The notes below the pieces were generated by a model. The model was not told where the DNA came from. It worked only from the letters and a program-made list of their open reading frames with translations, and made no database searches. Made by a program: the position numbers and the translations under genes. Shown piece by piece: positions 37,444 to 52,944 of a stretch of 64,000 nt of DNA (positions are counted from its first letter, which is position 1; every line of letters starts with the position of its first letter). Source of the stretch: Octopus vulgaris (lineage: Eukaryota); NCBI GenBank assembly GCA_951406725.2, contig OX597818.1:37572001-37636000 (forward strand). Reading direction: 5' to 3'.

Positions 37444-38572
37444 TTGTTGTTGCTGTTTATGTGTAATTCAGAGCAGCCCTGATCGAGTAGATATGAATTT
37501 GTCTTAGAACAGTGGATCCCAAAACGGAAGATAGGGCTTTCTGAGTAGGGTATATATAGATATCCAAATATGTGATAAGAGAGTGCAAGATGGAATTTAA
37601 GTACGATGATGTATGTGTATTTTTAACATTCAATGGTAATGAGAATTTGTTGATAAGCAACAGTTGTTGATATTCTTTATCCTCCGCTGAGACCTGCGAT
37701 CCAGCAGACTTATATTAAACTATGTCCCAGCCGTGACTATCCCACCTTTTTTTGCTAGGCATTGTATATCGCTCCAAAATGCACATTGTTTTTAAGGCAA
37801 TACAGTTATACGTAAGAGATTTCTCATCTATCAAACTTCAAATTTTAGACACTACAATTAAAAACTACTTCAATGAACAGTCGAGTCAATGAAAGATCAT
37901 GAACTTTGTCACTCGTCCTCCTCATAACAGCAGCCAAATCTCCCTTAAAATCACCATCAATACACGAAAAAAAAAAAAAAAGGGCCGGATAATTACGGCT
38001 AGATTTGCTCAAGGGATAACCTGAGGCGAAATAACAACTAAATAACTCCAATCTAACGTCAAAAACCTTTAATGTTCGATTTGTGAACAAATTTTTCAAA
38101 TTTCGCTTTATATTTTTGGTATTTATCTATTTTTCTACTGTGGGCTCCTTGCTGAATATTTTCCTCTCAACCGCGTTTTACTCGTACACTATTCTCTTCA
38201 CATTGCCAACCAACTGCGATCTCATCACTTAGTGTAAATACCATGCAGAAATTGCTTAATGGCGCCCTGTTGCTTAGTTTTTTATGATATTTTCTTTTAT
38301 TCCGTTGGCTTACCTCCAATATTCTTACTCTATCGTGAACGAGGTTTGAAAACAAAACTTTTGCTGGAATTTTAATAGCTACAAACACACACACACGCAC
38401 ACATACACAGAGGATTTTTGGCAAAGGTGGTAGGTAAGGAAGTTGAACTGCGCGTTCTCTCTGTTGTCTGATATCTTTATATCTCTTCCTCTGTTCGCAC
38501 GCCGTTTTATTTACTTACGGGTTATAAGCATGCATTTATTTATTTTATCGTTGTCTTTTTTTTTTGTCAGGA

Positions 38573-38574
<2 letters not shown>

Positions 38575-38616
<42 letters not shown>

Positions 38617-38765
38617 CGGAGATGTACTAGCATAACAAGTGACCTATATGTATATATATATGTGTGTATGTATATATCTATATTTATATTTATATAATTA
38701 TATATATATATATCTGTTTATATATTTATATATAGATATATATCTATTTATTTATATGTATATAA

Positions 38766-38831
<66 letters not shown>

Positions 38832-38858
38832 TATTTATATGTTTATATATATTTATAT

Positions 38859-38899
<41 letters not shown>

Positions 38900-38900
38900 C

Positions 38901-38947
<47 letters not shown>
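38575..38947. repeat. Interrupted (TA)n microsatellite
   Basis: Direct reading. Confidence 0.95.
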
Positions 38948-38950
<3 letters not shown>

Positions 38951-40256
38951 CTCATTAACAGTATTTTCGATCAGGCAACTGAAGTTTGTCCACAAATTCA
39001 TGGCAGCAAAAGAAATTAACATAGAATAATAAGAGCAGAAATTTTAAAGTTATTTAGGTAAAAAAGAAGAAAAAAAAAACTTACAAAGAAATATATATAA
39101 TTCAATTCAAATTTATATAGTTGCAGAGTTTTTTTTTTTCATTTTTCCTAAATCTATTTTTTCCCCCTTTGCAAACCGACTTTGGTGTTTGTTCTTCATC
39201 CATTCTGCCACGCGTATTTATTTGATTATTCAGATTGTGGGAGGCTCCAATGCACATTTCAGAACTGAGTTTTACCCTTGGGTCGTAAATTATTCGACCT
39301 TCTTTACTGCAAATGTTGGTGTTTTTATTATTGTTTAGCAGCAAGTCGGCTATGATCCGATATCGTTATAGCCAACCCCGTTGAAGCCATGATCATTCTG
39401 CCCTTCAAACATAGTGTTTCTAAGACAACATTATCTAACGTGGCCTCTGTTTATTTTTTAAAGACGATACAATGTGATTTGAGTAAAACTCAATCATCTA
39501 GCAAGCTTTGGTTCGTTGTCTTATTGGGATGATTTGAGCCAAATAGCAGGCCTATCATGAAAGGTGTTCTGGCCATGAGCTTTCATCCTGTTTGTATATC
39601 CGACAGTACATTGCTTAATGTAGCCTTCCTCATTTTAAGACGGTAAGATGTAATTTGAAGGAGATTTAGCATCTAATTCTATCAGGTCGAACGATCAAGT
39701 GTATGTTCTCTCGTTCTTTCTAATTTAGTTATTTTTAAGCCATTCCATCATTTTTAGAAGCAGATAAAGACTACATTCAAGCGAAAAATTGACAGTCTTT
39801 AGAACGTTGAGTAGAATGCATCCGCTATTTGTTCCGATTGTTTGCGTTCTGGGTTCGAATTCCGCTGAGTTCAGTTTTATACTTCATCTTTTCAGTGTCG
39901 ATAAAAATGAAACCAACCCAATGCAGTGGATTGGCGGAACTGGTAAGATGTTGAACTCGATGATTCGCGGAATCTGTCACGATACCTTGCGTTCTGATAA
40001 TAATGTCTACGACAGCACTAGCGCCGAGTTATAATGGGCCAAATTGACGATCTATTCCTTTGGAGGGACACTGATATAGTTGAGAGAAGAGACTTGCATG
40101 ACTGTCAGTCTTCAAAATATCTCGACCATGCTTTTCGAGTGACAGAGGCCTTATGACGATATTCTTATTGAGCCATGATCTTATATATATAATTGAGTAG
40201 TGTAATGTGAGTGAAATTCGGCTGTTATTTCTTGCAGATCGAATATTCATTTAGAG

Positions 40257-40640
40257 CAGCAGTTCTCAATCGAGGTCCATATGGCACCTTAGGGTCCATA
40301 TGGCACCTGAGGGTCCATATGGCATCTGAGGGTCCATATAAGAATTTGGGGGTCCACCAAGCAAAATAGTAAATTGGGGACCTACTGTAGTATTTTAAGG
40401 GTCCCTGAAAATAAAATTTACTTTAGATGTATGCATTGGTATGTATTGCAAGAAAGCTAGGTTTCTTTTTCCTAACATTTTACGTAGTTTAACCAATAGA
40501 AATTAATGTGAAAACCAAAATATGAATTTTGGAAGAAGTTTCTATAAAATTAGTTTTTAAACATCGAATTGTTCCGAGAACGTCCAGAATAAAATAGTAA
40601 TCATAGGAGTCCATTGGTAAAAAATGGTTGAGAGCCCCTG
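40257..40640. mobile_element. hAT (Charlie-like) MITE
   Basis: TIRs cagcagttctcaatc / ggttgagagcccctg, 8-bp TSD atttagag (40249-40256 and 40641-40648), three 19-bp subterminal repeats ggtccatatggcacctgag. Confidence 0.88.
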
Positions 40641-40876
40641 ATTTAGAGGCTTCCTCGTTACTTACCGAATAAAAAAATAGACTGTCTTTTGTAGGATTTG
40701 ACTATAGAGAAAGGAAATAAGGACCTAGTTTAGATATTATCTCAGTGTTCCATAACCATTTCAGCAACGAGCACTTTTTAAATCCTCCGAAACAATTTAT
40801 CACAATTTACGAACGACTCTTTTGAACACTGACTGGAGATTCGCATATCTCATACAGCGAAACATTTTTTCAACCT

Positions 40877-40877
40877 G

Positions 40878-40956
<79 letters not shown>

Positions 40957-41020
40957 GTCTGTCTGTCTGTCTGTCTGCTGGTCTGTCTGTCTGCTGGTCT
41001 GTCTGTCTGTCTGTCTGCTG

Positions 41021-41051
<31 letters not shown>

Positions 41052-41310
41052 CGTCCGTCTGTCTCTCTGCCTACCTATCTCTCTATCTGTCTGTCTATCT
41101 CTCTATCTGTCTGTCTATCTCTCAATCTATCTATCTCTCTATCTGTCTGTCTGTCTGTCTATCTATCTGTCTGTCTGTCTGTCTCCCTGTCTGTCTATTT
41201 GTCTATCACTAAATAAGCCTATCTGTGTGTCTGTCTGTCTGTCTGTGTGTCAGTCTGTCAGTCAATATGTCCGTCTGTCTGTGTATCTAGCTACCTGTCT
41301 GACTCTCTAT
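40877..41310. repeat. Compound (TCTA)n/(TCTG)n microsatellite
   Basis: Direct reading. Confidence 0.95.
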
Positions 41311-41940
41311 TCATCTCTTTGTCAGTTTAGCTAATCCTATCATTTTTGTCCGTCTATTTTACGTTTGTTCATTAATTATTTCTTTGACCACCTATTGTTA
41401 TTTGTGCAGTTATTACGGTTAATTCTACTTGAATCTGCCTCTGTTACATCATGCTGACGCCAGTTCTATCCTTATTTTCCTTGTCAATATTACTTGATAT
41501 CTTTCTTCCGTTTTTGATCATCTCTACCCCTCAATCCCTCTCTCTGTACCTAGCGATATCTTTGCCACCAAACACCTCCCTCCTCACACTCTCCCCTCTA
41601 TCTCCTCCTCTGTCTGTATGTGTGCGCCTGTGTGCACGTGCGCATGTATATTACATGTATGTTTAAGTATATATATGTCTGTTGCAAATCTCAGCAATAT
41701 CAGTTGTTGCTACTGTTGTGATTATTGTAACCAAGTGCCGCTGCTATGGTTACCATTGTAACTATAGACATTGTTCTTCATACCATCTCAGTTTCATTAA
41801 TTCTGCTATTTTAGAATCATAAAGTCCATGAGATGAAACCCAGCATCCCAGAGAATCCTTATCATTCATTTTCATTTCGTCTCTTGTTTTTTTTCCCTTG
41901 GTTTTATTTAGTGAATAACATCTCAATCTCACTCTTCCGT

Positions 41941-41976
<36 letters not shown>

Positions 41977-42169
41977 TTGTATGTGTATATCCGTATCTAC
42001 ACCTATGTACTTACGTACGTATATGCATATGTGCGTGTACACACTCACACACGCACATAGACATATATGTATATAAATGTTTGTATATAAATATATATAT
42101 ATATATACACGTAAATGTGTGTGTATTTGAATATATAAATGGGTATATGTACATATATTTTATGTATAT

Positions 42170-43261
<1,092 letters not shown>

Positions 43262-43289
43262 GATACCAACGGCTACTGTGAAGCAACTC

Positions 43290-45680
43290 CTGTGTTTAGT
43301 AAAACCAGCAATTTAATAGTAGTTAAGCTCTATAGGCCACCCCTAACTCATTTACCACGCTTCTAGGAATGTTTCATCCATCATTGTCATGCTGACAACA
43401 TATTAATGATGGGGGATTTCAACTTTCCCAATGTTGATTGGTCCACTAACGGTTTGAAAACAGGTTTTTCCACCTCAATCCCTCCCTGATAAGGAAGCAA
43501 TCGAAATGATTTTTGATTTCATGGATGCGTTTTTCCTGACCCAACTTGTTCTTGTACCAACAAGGAGTCATAGAAACATCTTGGATCTAGTGTTCAGTGA
43601 CCACACGGATCCTCAATATTGCAATGGAAAAAAAAAAACACCACCACTCTCAGACTATGACATGGTTCTCTGGGATCTGAGTTTCTACCACCCAAAGATC
43701 AAATCTAGAGACATCTCTCCAGTCCATCCATTTGACACTATGTATCTTCATAACGGAGACTAGGATGCAATCAATCATGATCTTTCGCAAGTGTAGTGGG
43801 CCTTCAAGCACGCACACATCCACAACATAAACTCATCAAGGCAGACATTTGCAGATACGGTGACACATATATGCGCAAAACATACTCCATTAAGATCAGT
43901 ATACAAATCAGAATCCCTAGAAATAGAAGAGCAATTATCAGAAAAATAAAAAGAATTAACAAGAAAATCAACCAACTTAAATACTGCCAACAGCAATGCA
44001 CCCATTCGACTGCCATTGCATCGCTCGAATCGAAAAAAACACAACCTCCAAAAAAGCATGATGACCATCATTAACAAAGAGCAGCTGAAGAGAGTTGGGC
44101 CTTCGAGAAAATAAAACTCAATCCCAAAATGTCGTTTTTATTTGCAAAAAAAAACAAAACACATAAAGACACTGTTTCCACTGTTGGTCCTCTGGTTGAC
44201 AAGAACAACACTCTACATGATGATGCAAAATCCATTTCCGAGATACTGCAGAGACAATACTGCTCTGTTTTCAGTAACGCTAATGTTGTTGATCTGGCTT
44301 GTATTAGTGATGTAAACCCTCAACTAACCATATATGACATAAATTTGGTGCTCCTGGTATCCTAAGAGAAATAAATAAAATCAAACACAACTCTGCAGTA
44401 GGTCCCGATAAGTTCCCGGCCACTGTCCTAAAGATGTGTCGATATCAAATTGCACTCCCTCTAGCTGAGCTCTGGAGAAACTCACTTGATGCAGGCTACA
44501 TTCCTGATCATTTTCTTTCCCAGCCTGTTTCCTTGTCCCACTTCTCATATCATTAAGTATTTGAGAGGGTGGTGAGATCGCAATTAACTCATTTCCTCGA
44601 AGACAAGAATCTGCTGAACCCCAACCAGCATGGTTTCCGTGATGGCAGGGACTGTCTGTCACAGCTTCTGCACCATTTTGATGACATCTTAAAGCGTTGT
44701 GAGAAGGCTCCAACACTGATGTCACATACCTTGATTTCAGCAAGGCATTTGACAGAGTGGACCACTAAATCCTGCTGAAGAAACTGCCCAACATTGGAGT
44801 CTGTGGAAAGCTGCTGCAGTGGATAAAGTGTTTCCTGACGAACAGAACCCAACATGTTGTGTTTGAGGAAATACAATCCAGCTCAGCCAAAGTCAGTAGT
44901 GGTGTTCCACAAGGTACTGTGTTGGGCACACTCATCTTCATTATTTACATTAACGACATAGTAAATTTCATCAAACATTCTGCATTGAAAATCTTCGCAG
45001 ATGATTCCAAACTCCAGAAAGCCATAAACGGCATGAGAGACCGAACAGATCTGTTTGCTATTGTCAGATCTGTTTGCTATTGTCCAATGGGCAGAAAAAA
45101 ACAATATTCTTTTAAATGAAGATGTTTGATTTGATCCACTTTGGGAAGGAGGAAACTCTGAAATTACTATAATTACTATATGGTTTTCCCTCGAGCGACT
45201 CCATAGTCTCATCCAACAATACCAGATATCCTGGAGTGATTGTTGATAACAATCTAAGCTGGAATTCCAACGTAAACAGCAAGGTTGACTTGGCCTGCAA
45301 GTTGTACTTCTGGATTCTGAGAACTTTCCGGTCTAGAGATGCCCACACCATCATCCTTCTCTACTCTACTTGAGTACTGTTGCCCACTGTGGTCCCCCGA
45401 TATGAAACAACTCATTATGATAGCAGAAGCATTCCAGAGATCAATAACAAGACAGACAGACAGCATGAGAGGCGTTGATTATTGGGGCTGACTAAAAAAC
45501 TCAACCTCTACTCTCTCCAACGCCGCCAGGAGCGCTACATCATTTGTGTTACGTGGAAATTATTCCATCAATTTTGCCCAAATGCTGTTCGCATCAATTT
45601 TAAAATCCATCCAAGACTTGGCCCCCATGCTATCTACCCAATACAAAAATCGAACTCGGGTTCACATAGCAACATTACGT
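43290..45680 (+). mobile_element. CR1/L2-group LINE ORF2 pseudogene (APE end plus RT)
   Basis: MGDFNFPNVDW, PTR..NILDLVF, NPNQHGFR, YLDFSKAFDRVDH, SGVPQGTVLG, FADDSKL, EYCCPLWSP. Many frameshifts, including a 19-bp tandem duplication at 45046-45083. Confidence 0.93.
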
Positions 45681-45759
45681 CAGAACACAGAAAGAAACAA
45701 GGAGAGAACCGAGATAACCGAGTAACGGTTCCTCGTTTCACATGCATGTTGGCAGTGTG

Positions 45760-45882
45760 TAGATGAATGGCCGAATGTATTCTGAAAACCTTTAGAACAA
45801 GGGACAAGGAAACTATGCTGGTCCTATAGAAGACATTTGTCCTCGGCCGTCTGGACTACTGCTCTCAACTGTGGTTACCTTA
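45760..45882 (+). mobile_element. Second CR1-like ORF2 C-terminal fragment
   Basis: ILKTFRTRDKETMLVL*KTFVLGRLDYCSQLW. Confidence 0.7.
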
Positions 45883-46129
45883 CGCTATAGGAGAGGTAGG
45901 CAGTGATATATGTGTGGAAGAGAGGCACTGTAGGAGCTGGCACCAAACTTTGTCCCTCCAGTTATGCACACATCCACAAGTACTGACTGAATACATAACG
46001 TCACCAAATCCACAAAGGGTTATACCTACTGCATGTATTCCTTCGTCAGCTATAAACTCCAGGCCCAAACCAATGGAAAGTCCCAAGTTAGTTGAAGAAT
46101 AAAAAATAACTCAGGTGGTTATTTATTTA

Positions 46130-46183
<54 letters not shown>

Positions 46184-46189
46184 ATTGTT

Positions 46190-46385
46190 GATGTGCTTGT
46201 CCCAACCACTTCTTGACAACCGGTGTTAGTTCGTGTATGTCTCTCGTAACTTAGCGGTTCGGCAAAATAGAGAAAGAATGAGCACCAGGCTTAAAGTACT
46301 GGGGTCGATTCGTTCGACTAGACTTGTTTAAGTATGGTCGCAGTCCAATAACTGAAACAAGTTAAAGAAAGACATAAAAGATATC
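46190..46385 (+). mobile_element. SINE family B, 3' half
   Basis: cttgacaaccggtgtt...cgtaacttagcggttcggcaaaa...actgaaacaag. Confidence 0.75.
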
Positions 46386-47142
46386 ATCTGATTAAGATCC
46401 TTTCTGCCATCTTGGAGTAATTTTTACTCAGACGGTGCAGAAGTTGTAAGACAAACTACGAACTAGGTTGTGTGGGTTTGTCTCTAACTTCTTGCTCGAT
46501 ATTCTTGTCTCTGCTTTTTGCTGATCATTTACTTTGGCTTTCGTTTGTATATATTTATATCATTTATATAGTTTACGCTTACATTGCTTACGCCCAACTT
46601 AGATATATTCATTGCTCTTTAATAAATAACGTTTCTTTTCGCTTTGTTTTGTAATATATTGTCGGAAGGATTGTATCAGGCAAGCTGATACACGGAAGAT
46701 AAATTACATCCCCCTCTGCCCAACACTCTATCGTTGTTCAGTAACAAGTCAGCTTATTCAACGTGTATCTCCAATTTCACAGAACCTTCAGCGTCTGTAA
46801 ATTAGTAAAATGTTTGTGTTTTTATTTGTTTTACGAGATAGTCAAAATCGTGTAGTGAAAGAAAAGCGCTGTACTTTGCGGTCATGCTACCAATAAAAAC
46901 ATATGCAGTGGTTGTATTTCCCTTCAGTTATCAACTAATTGGAATGTTAGTAAAATAATTAGTACATTAATTTATTGATTGATTTATTGGTGTGTCGAGG
47001 TTTTTTGGGTTACAAAACATGAGAATGGTTGCATCGAAGTGTGTGTATATATGCATATATATCTATGTGTGTTTATGTGTGCTTATGTATGTGTTTATAT
47101 ATATATATATATGTGTGTGTACATGTGTGTGTGTGTGTGTGT

Positions 47143-47188
<46 letters not shown>

Positions 47189-47189
47189 A

Positions 47190-47830
47190 GTCTGAAGATA
47201 TGAAAATGTTTTTTTTTATTTTAATAAAATGAACGTACATGTACGTAGGAAGCTGAAATTTTAGGATGTTGGTACATATGCTCTTTCTTAATTGTGGCTA
47301 AAATTTGACATACATCTGATCTGTTTTTCATGAGTAATTGAGAATTTACTGAAATTGGCTGTCTGAAGTTATGCAAATGTTGGAATTGTTATTTGTTCCG
47401 CGTTTCAGGACAATAAAACCCATTATGAACTTTTTACTAATTCAAAGAACAATGTTTTAATATATAGTTGAAACAAGTTTGATCTGGCAAAACTGCAACT
47501 GTAATACTTTGTATAACATCCCACAGTTCTACCTAACAGTTGTACTGTTTGCCTCCTTCATAGAGTTTCTGTTTGATGACTGACCAAAGGTTTTTCTATT
47601 GGTTTCAAGTCAGGGTTTGACGGTGGCCACTCCATTATTTTGTCTTCAGCAAATCGTTTGCGCTCAAGGAACTCAGGAGTTAGGCGAGAAGCACGTGATG
47701 GAGCATTGTCATGCATAAATATACACTTTATTTTGAATCTGTGAGGCTGATGCTTTTACCATTCAAAGAAAGTTTGATCCAACAATTCACAATAATTAGT
47801 ACAGTTGAGTTTTACACCTTCATTAACTTT
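47190..47830 (-). mobile_element. Tc1-like transposon remnant, DD37E transposase C-terminus
   Basis: IFMHDNAPSRASRLTPEFLERKRFAEDKIMEWPPSNPDLKPIE. D codon at 47708-47710, E codon at 47594-47596, 37 residues between. Confidence 0.85.
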
Positions 47831-47884
47831 AAATATACATAATATATATATATATATATATTAGGTATATACATGCAAATGCGC

Positions 47885-48450
<566 letters not shown>

Positions 48451-48549
48451 GATGTATATACATGCAAATGTGCGTATGTATAGGCTAATACGTATAACGT
48501 ATATATTATGACATACTTATAGTATCACTTCTTTAATGCGACAATAGTC

Positions 48550-48760
48550 AAGCCAGTGAGTTGGCAGAATCATTAACACGGCAGGCAAAATGCTTAGCGG
48601 CTTTACGTTCTGAGTTCAAATTTCGCCGAGGTCGACTTCGTCTTTCATCCTTTTGGGGTCGATTATAGAATGAGTAACAGTTGAACTCTGGGGGCGATGG
48701 AATCGACTTAATCCCTACCACGAACTTGCTGGTCTTTTCCCAAAATTTGAAATCAATATA
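48550..48760 (+). mobile_element. SINE family A, monomeric older-type copy
   Basis: gagttggcagaatcattaacacgg...gagttcaaatttcgccgaggtcgac. Confidence 0.8.
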
Positions 48761-49144
48761 ACTAATTACAACGAGGTAAGGTACGCTACTAAGTATGGCG
48801 GTTTTAATGGAAAATTTGCATAGGGGAAATCCAACACAAACATATGGCTTATATAAAAAGTAATTATTTTCATCACGTTTATGTCGTGCTGAATGATATT
48901 CGTCATGTTTTCAATTCTAGGTTCGCCTGTTGCTTTTGAGGTTTTAAAAATTATTGCACGAAGATACACGCTTATAACTATACATAAAGATGCCTAATGC
49001 ATACATACAAACATACATTCACTCATCTCCATTTGTACATACAGTCATACACACACACACACATGTAGGCACGTACAAATATACACCTATATATACATAT
49101 ATGTATATATATAAATACGTATATTTACATATATGCATACATTA

Positions 49145-49281
<137 letters not shown>

Positions 49282-49349
49282 TGGGCTTCTTTGCATATAA
49301 GATACTCATTTGCTTGTTCTGTTTTTTCATCAATTATTTTACCCAACTC

Positions 49350-49640
49350 CAAACCTATTAAGCCATTCTTGCAACCATAGTTTCCAAGCACTTGATATAA
49401 TCAGTAATCTTTAATATTTCTCTTTCTATACGGCAATTGGATTGACTGGCATAATTTATATTCATTATTTCTGTCACTGAACAGTTAATAACCATACCAA
49501 CATTGCTTCCTACTTTTATTAACCTATCAACAGCAGTAAAGCAACCAATAGTGGCTGCATTACCGCTGTTGTTTTTTCTAATCATCTCCAGGTCGCCAGT
49601 GTAATCAAGAATCAGCTAGTGTCATATTAACTGTCCATTG
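49350..49640 (-). mobile_element. Highly degenerate RTE-type RT fragment
   Basis: LDYTGDLEMI...VGMVINCSVTEIMNIN...LKITDYIKCLET resembles the YADD...GL.IN..KTE.M...FKYLGS pattern. Confidence 0.4.
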
Positions 49641-49874
49641 CATTCAAGACATTCTTCCTTATAAAACTTCTCCGTCCGTTTAATCAATCCCCGCCTGCTT
49701 AATTCAGACGGACAAATTTGTAATTTTCGCTTTGGTGTAGTGGTTAGCATAGTTATACAGTTTACAACATGTGCCACGTTCAAATGCTACAGGCGGTGCT
49801 GCAGCTTTTCTTCTTCTCTCTCTCCTTCTCTCTCCCCACTCTCCTTCCCTCTCTCTCTCTGTCTTTCTTTTTCA

Positions 49875-49977
49875 TATTTCTTTATTGCCCACAAGAGGTA
49901 AACATAGAAGGAACAAACAAGGACAGACAAAGGGATTAAGTCGATTACATCGACCCCAGTGCGTAACTGGTACTTAA
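49875..49977 (-). mobile_element. SINE family A, 3' fragment
   Basis: tatttctttattgcccacaag...cgaccccagtgcgtaactggtacttaa. Confidence 0.8.
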
Positions 49978-50574
49978 TATATATATATATATATATAATA
50001 TGTACAAGCATACCGAGTGAAATTAAGTATGTATGATCTATTTAGGTTGTCAAATTTTTCAGTTTTAATATATTTTGATAAAATTGTTGCTTTTGTTGTC
50101 TGTTTCGACCACTTGACCACTACTTTTGCTCAACGCTCACACCTCACTCTGGGCAGATCTCGTTCACTGTTATTATTATCTCCTTTCCTTCTTTCTGTTT
50201 TTTCCCTCTCTAACCCTAGATTCACTTTCAACAATTAGTCCAATTATGCAGTCTTTCGTTGCCACGACAATATTGCTATAGAATTATAATTTTAAACAAA
50301 TGGAGGAAATATTGTTCATATGTAGCAGCGAGAATAAATCTAACTATCTTCACATTTCCCAATTTATTTAGATTCTTCTACTAATTGTTTAAATCTTCAT
50401 TTACTATTTATGTTTCGTTTCCATTTGTTAGTTCAGTTTTCACTCGTTCGTTTTTATCGAGTTCAACAAGCTTACATTATTTTCTGTCTTTCTTGGGGAG
50501 AGCGTCTGCGATTATCATATCTCAGAGAGACCGTGAGCTCTATCCTCTTTACTACTTTCCTTCTCTTGCATCAT

Positions 50575-50615
<41 letters not shown>

Positions 50616-50625
50616 ACATAAATAG

Positions 50626-50878
50626 ATAAATATTCCTTCTCGAGCCATGCCAAGCTCACAAGGGCCAGTTTCCCGGTTTCAGTGGTGTAGAAATTCCCCA
50701 CCAGGATGGGACGCTGGTCCGTCGCACGATTACTCATTTTTACCAGTTGAGTGGACTGGAGCAACGTGAAATGAAGTGTTTTGCTCAAGAACACAACGCA
50801 TTGCCCGGTCCAGGAATCGAAACCACAATCTTACGATCACGAGTTCAACACCCTAACCACTAAGCCACGCGCCTCCAC
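50626..50878 (-). mobile_element. SINE family C, tail variant 2 (V-domain-like segment)
   Basis: Same head as 20542-20880, then gcgacggaccagcgtcccatcc...gaaaccgggaaactggccc. Confidence 0.85.
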
Positions 50879-50928
50879 ACACAAAATACATACGCACTCA
50901 AACTGTGTGCATTTGTATGTGTGAATGG

Positions 50929-50959
<31 letters not shown>

Positions 50960-50996
50960 GAAAGAGAAAGAAAGAAAGAGAGAGAGAGAGAGAAAG

Positions 50997-51039
<43 letters not shown>

Positions 51040-51190
51040 AAGAAAGAAAGAAAGAGTGAGGGAGATAAGACTGGATTACAGGAAATGATTATTCGAAAGA
51101 GAATGGCTCAAAGGTTTTAGCCTAAAAGGTAGTCTTAAGTTTAGTTGCACAGAACCAAAGCCCCAAATAACGACAAAGGCTGCCAACATC

Positions 51191-51607
51191 TATTTCTTTA
51201 TTGCCCACAGGGGGCGAAGCATAGAGGGGACAAACAAAGACAGATAAAGGGATTATGTCGATTACATCAACCTCAGTACGTAACTGGTACTTATTTAATC
51301 GACCCCGAAAAGATGAAAAGGCAAAGTCGGCCTCGGCGGAATTTGAACTCCGAACGTAACGGCAGCCGAAATACCTATTTCTTTACTACCCACAAGGGGC
51401 TAAACACAGAGGGGATAAACAAGGACAGACAAACGGATTAAGTCAATTATATCGACCCCAGTGCGTAACTGGTACTTATTTAATCGACCCTGAAGGGATG
51501 AAAATGCAAAGTCGACCTCGGCGGAATTTGAACTCCGAACGTAACGGCAGCCGAAATACCGCTAAGCATTTCGCCCGGCGTGCTAACGTTTCTGCCAGCT
51601 CGCCGCC
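51191..51607 (-). mobile_element. SINE family A, dimeric full copy
   Basis: Complete head and two units, flanked by gccaacatc on both sides (probable TSD). Confidence 0.9.
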
Positions 51608-52489
51608 AACATCAAGTTCAGAATGTCACAATCAGCACACTGAATCAATTGATCCACATTATCACCGTCTTGTCAAGTCCAATTACAATCTCGCACGCAA
51701 GGGGAGTCAGCAGCCATGTTTAAAAGGAAAACGATGTCGAAACACGAAACTGCACATAAACGTTCTCCGTATTTCAAACTAAATAATGACTATACTCAAA
51801 GTTTCGTATTGAGTTCTTCGCTGAAGTTGATGTCATTTCTTGCATCGAACAATATTTTAACATTATATGTGTATATGTCTGTGTGCGTGCGTGTGTGTGT
51901 GTGTGGTGTGCGCGTGTGCGTTTGAGTGCGGGCGCGCGTGTTTGATTGACACATCACACCGGGAGATACTATTGCGTGCCGAGAAGACAAGATTAAAGTT
52001 GCCAAACAAGTATATGGTGATTGGTCATTTATATTTCTGCTTTAGAACTCTTGCAGATGATATTAATATGCAAATAGATCTGCAACGGAATAGAATAACT
52101 ATTTGCCTAAAAGTCGTTCATGCATAAATACATACATTTTCATGGGCATACACACACAAACACACACACACACACACACACACATGCACTGACACACACA
52201 TACACACACACACACATGAACTGACACACATGCACACGCCCGCGCACCCGCATACATGCACCATGTTCTTTTAATCTTTTATTTGTAGCTATCTTTGGGA
52301 TTTATCCATACCTTGGGGTATTGATTTCTGCATGATGATCAATGACATTTACTCTGTGTATTTCTGTTATCGATCTCTGAAGCATGAGAGGTAATGCAGT
52401 TCTGCGCTAGATTTGAACTTATGATGTTATGGGAAGATAACACAGGTGTTTAATCGACGTTCAATCTATTCTGGCATACATATATATAT

Positions 52490-52893
52490 ATATATTATAA
52501 TAAATATTAGGGAATAAATCCAAAATTACAGGGAAAAAAAATCAGATTTAGGATTAAATCCAATTTTATAGTAAAATATTATATAATATTAATTCGAGAC
52601 AAAACCACTATTTTGCAAATCAAACAAGGAAAGACTTAATCAATACATAAAAAATTTTAATATAAAGTAAATAAATCGCCACTACAATTGTTTCATGTCT
52701 TCAAATGACATTCGTCAGGTGGATTTCCGATCTAAAAATATCAATATTTTAAAATATAAGCTTAAAATAATATAAATTTATCAATGAAATAATATAAATA
52801 TATATAATCTATATATAATCTATATATAATCAACATATAATTTAAAATAAACCCTATAAACAATTGAATATAAAGAAACCTATTATTAAAGTG

Positions 52894-52900
<7 letters not shown>
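52490..52900 (-). mobile_element. AT-rich Penelope-like terminal-repeat fragment between (TA)n tracts
   Basis: Carries an intact minimal hammerhead motif and is flanked by TA microsatellites. The class is inferred from the ribozyme type. Confidence 0.5.
52673..52726 (-). ncRNA. Minimal type I hammerhead ribozyme motif, intact core
   Basis: Minus strand aaatCCAC-CUGACGA-AUGUC(auuugaa)GACAU-GAAA-C(aauu)G-UA/GUGGcgauuu. Stems I, II and III and the GUA triplet are all present. Confidence 0.8.

Positions 52901-52944
<44 letters not shown>

Noticed and set aside
40272-40340. CRISPR-like short repeats
   Set aside because: Head-to-tail 19-mers without spacers inside a hAT MITE. Eukaryotic context, no cas genes.
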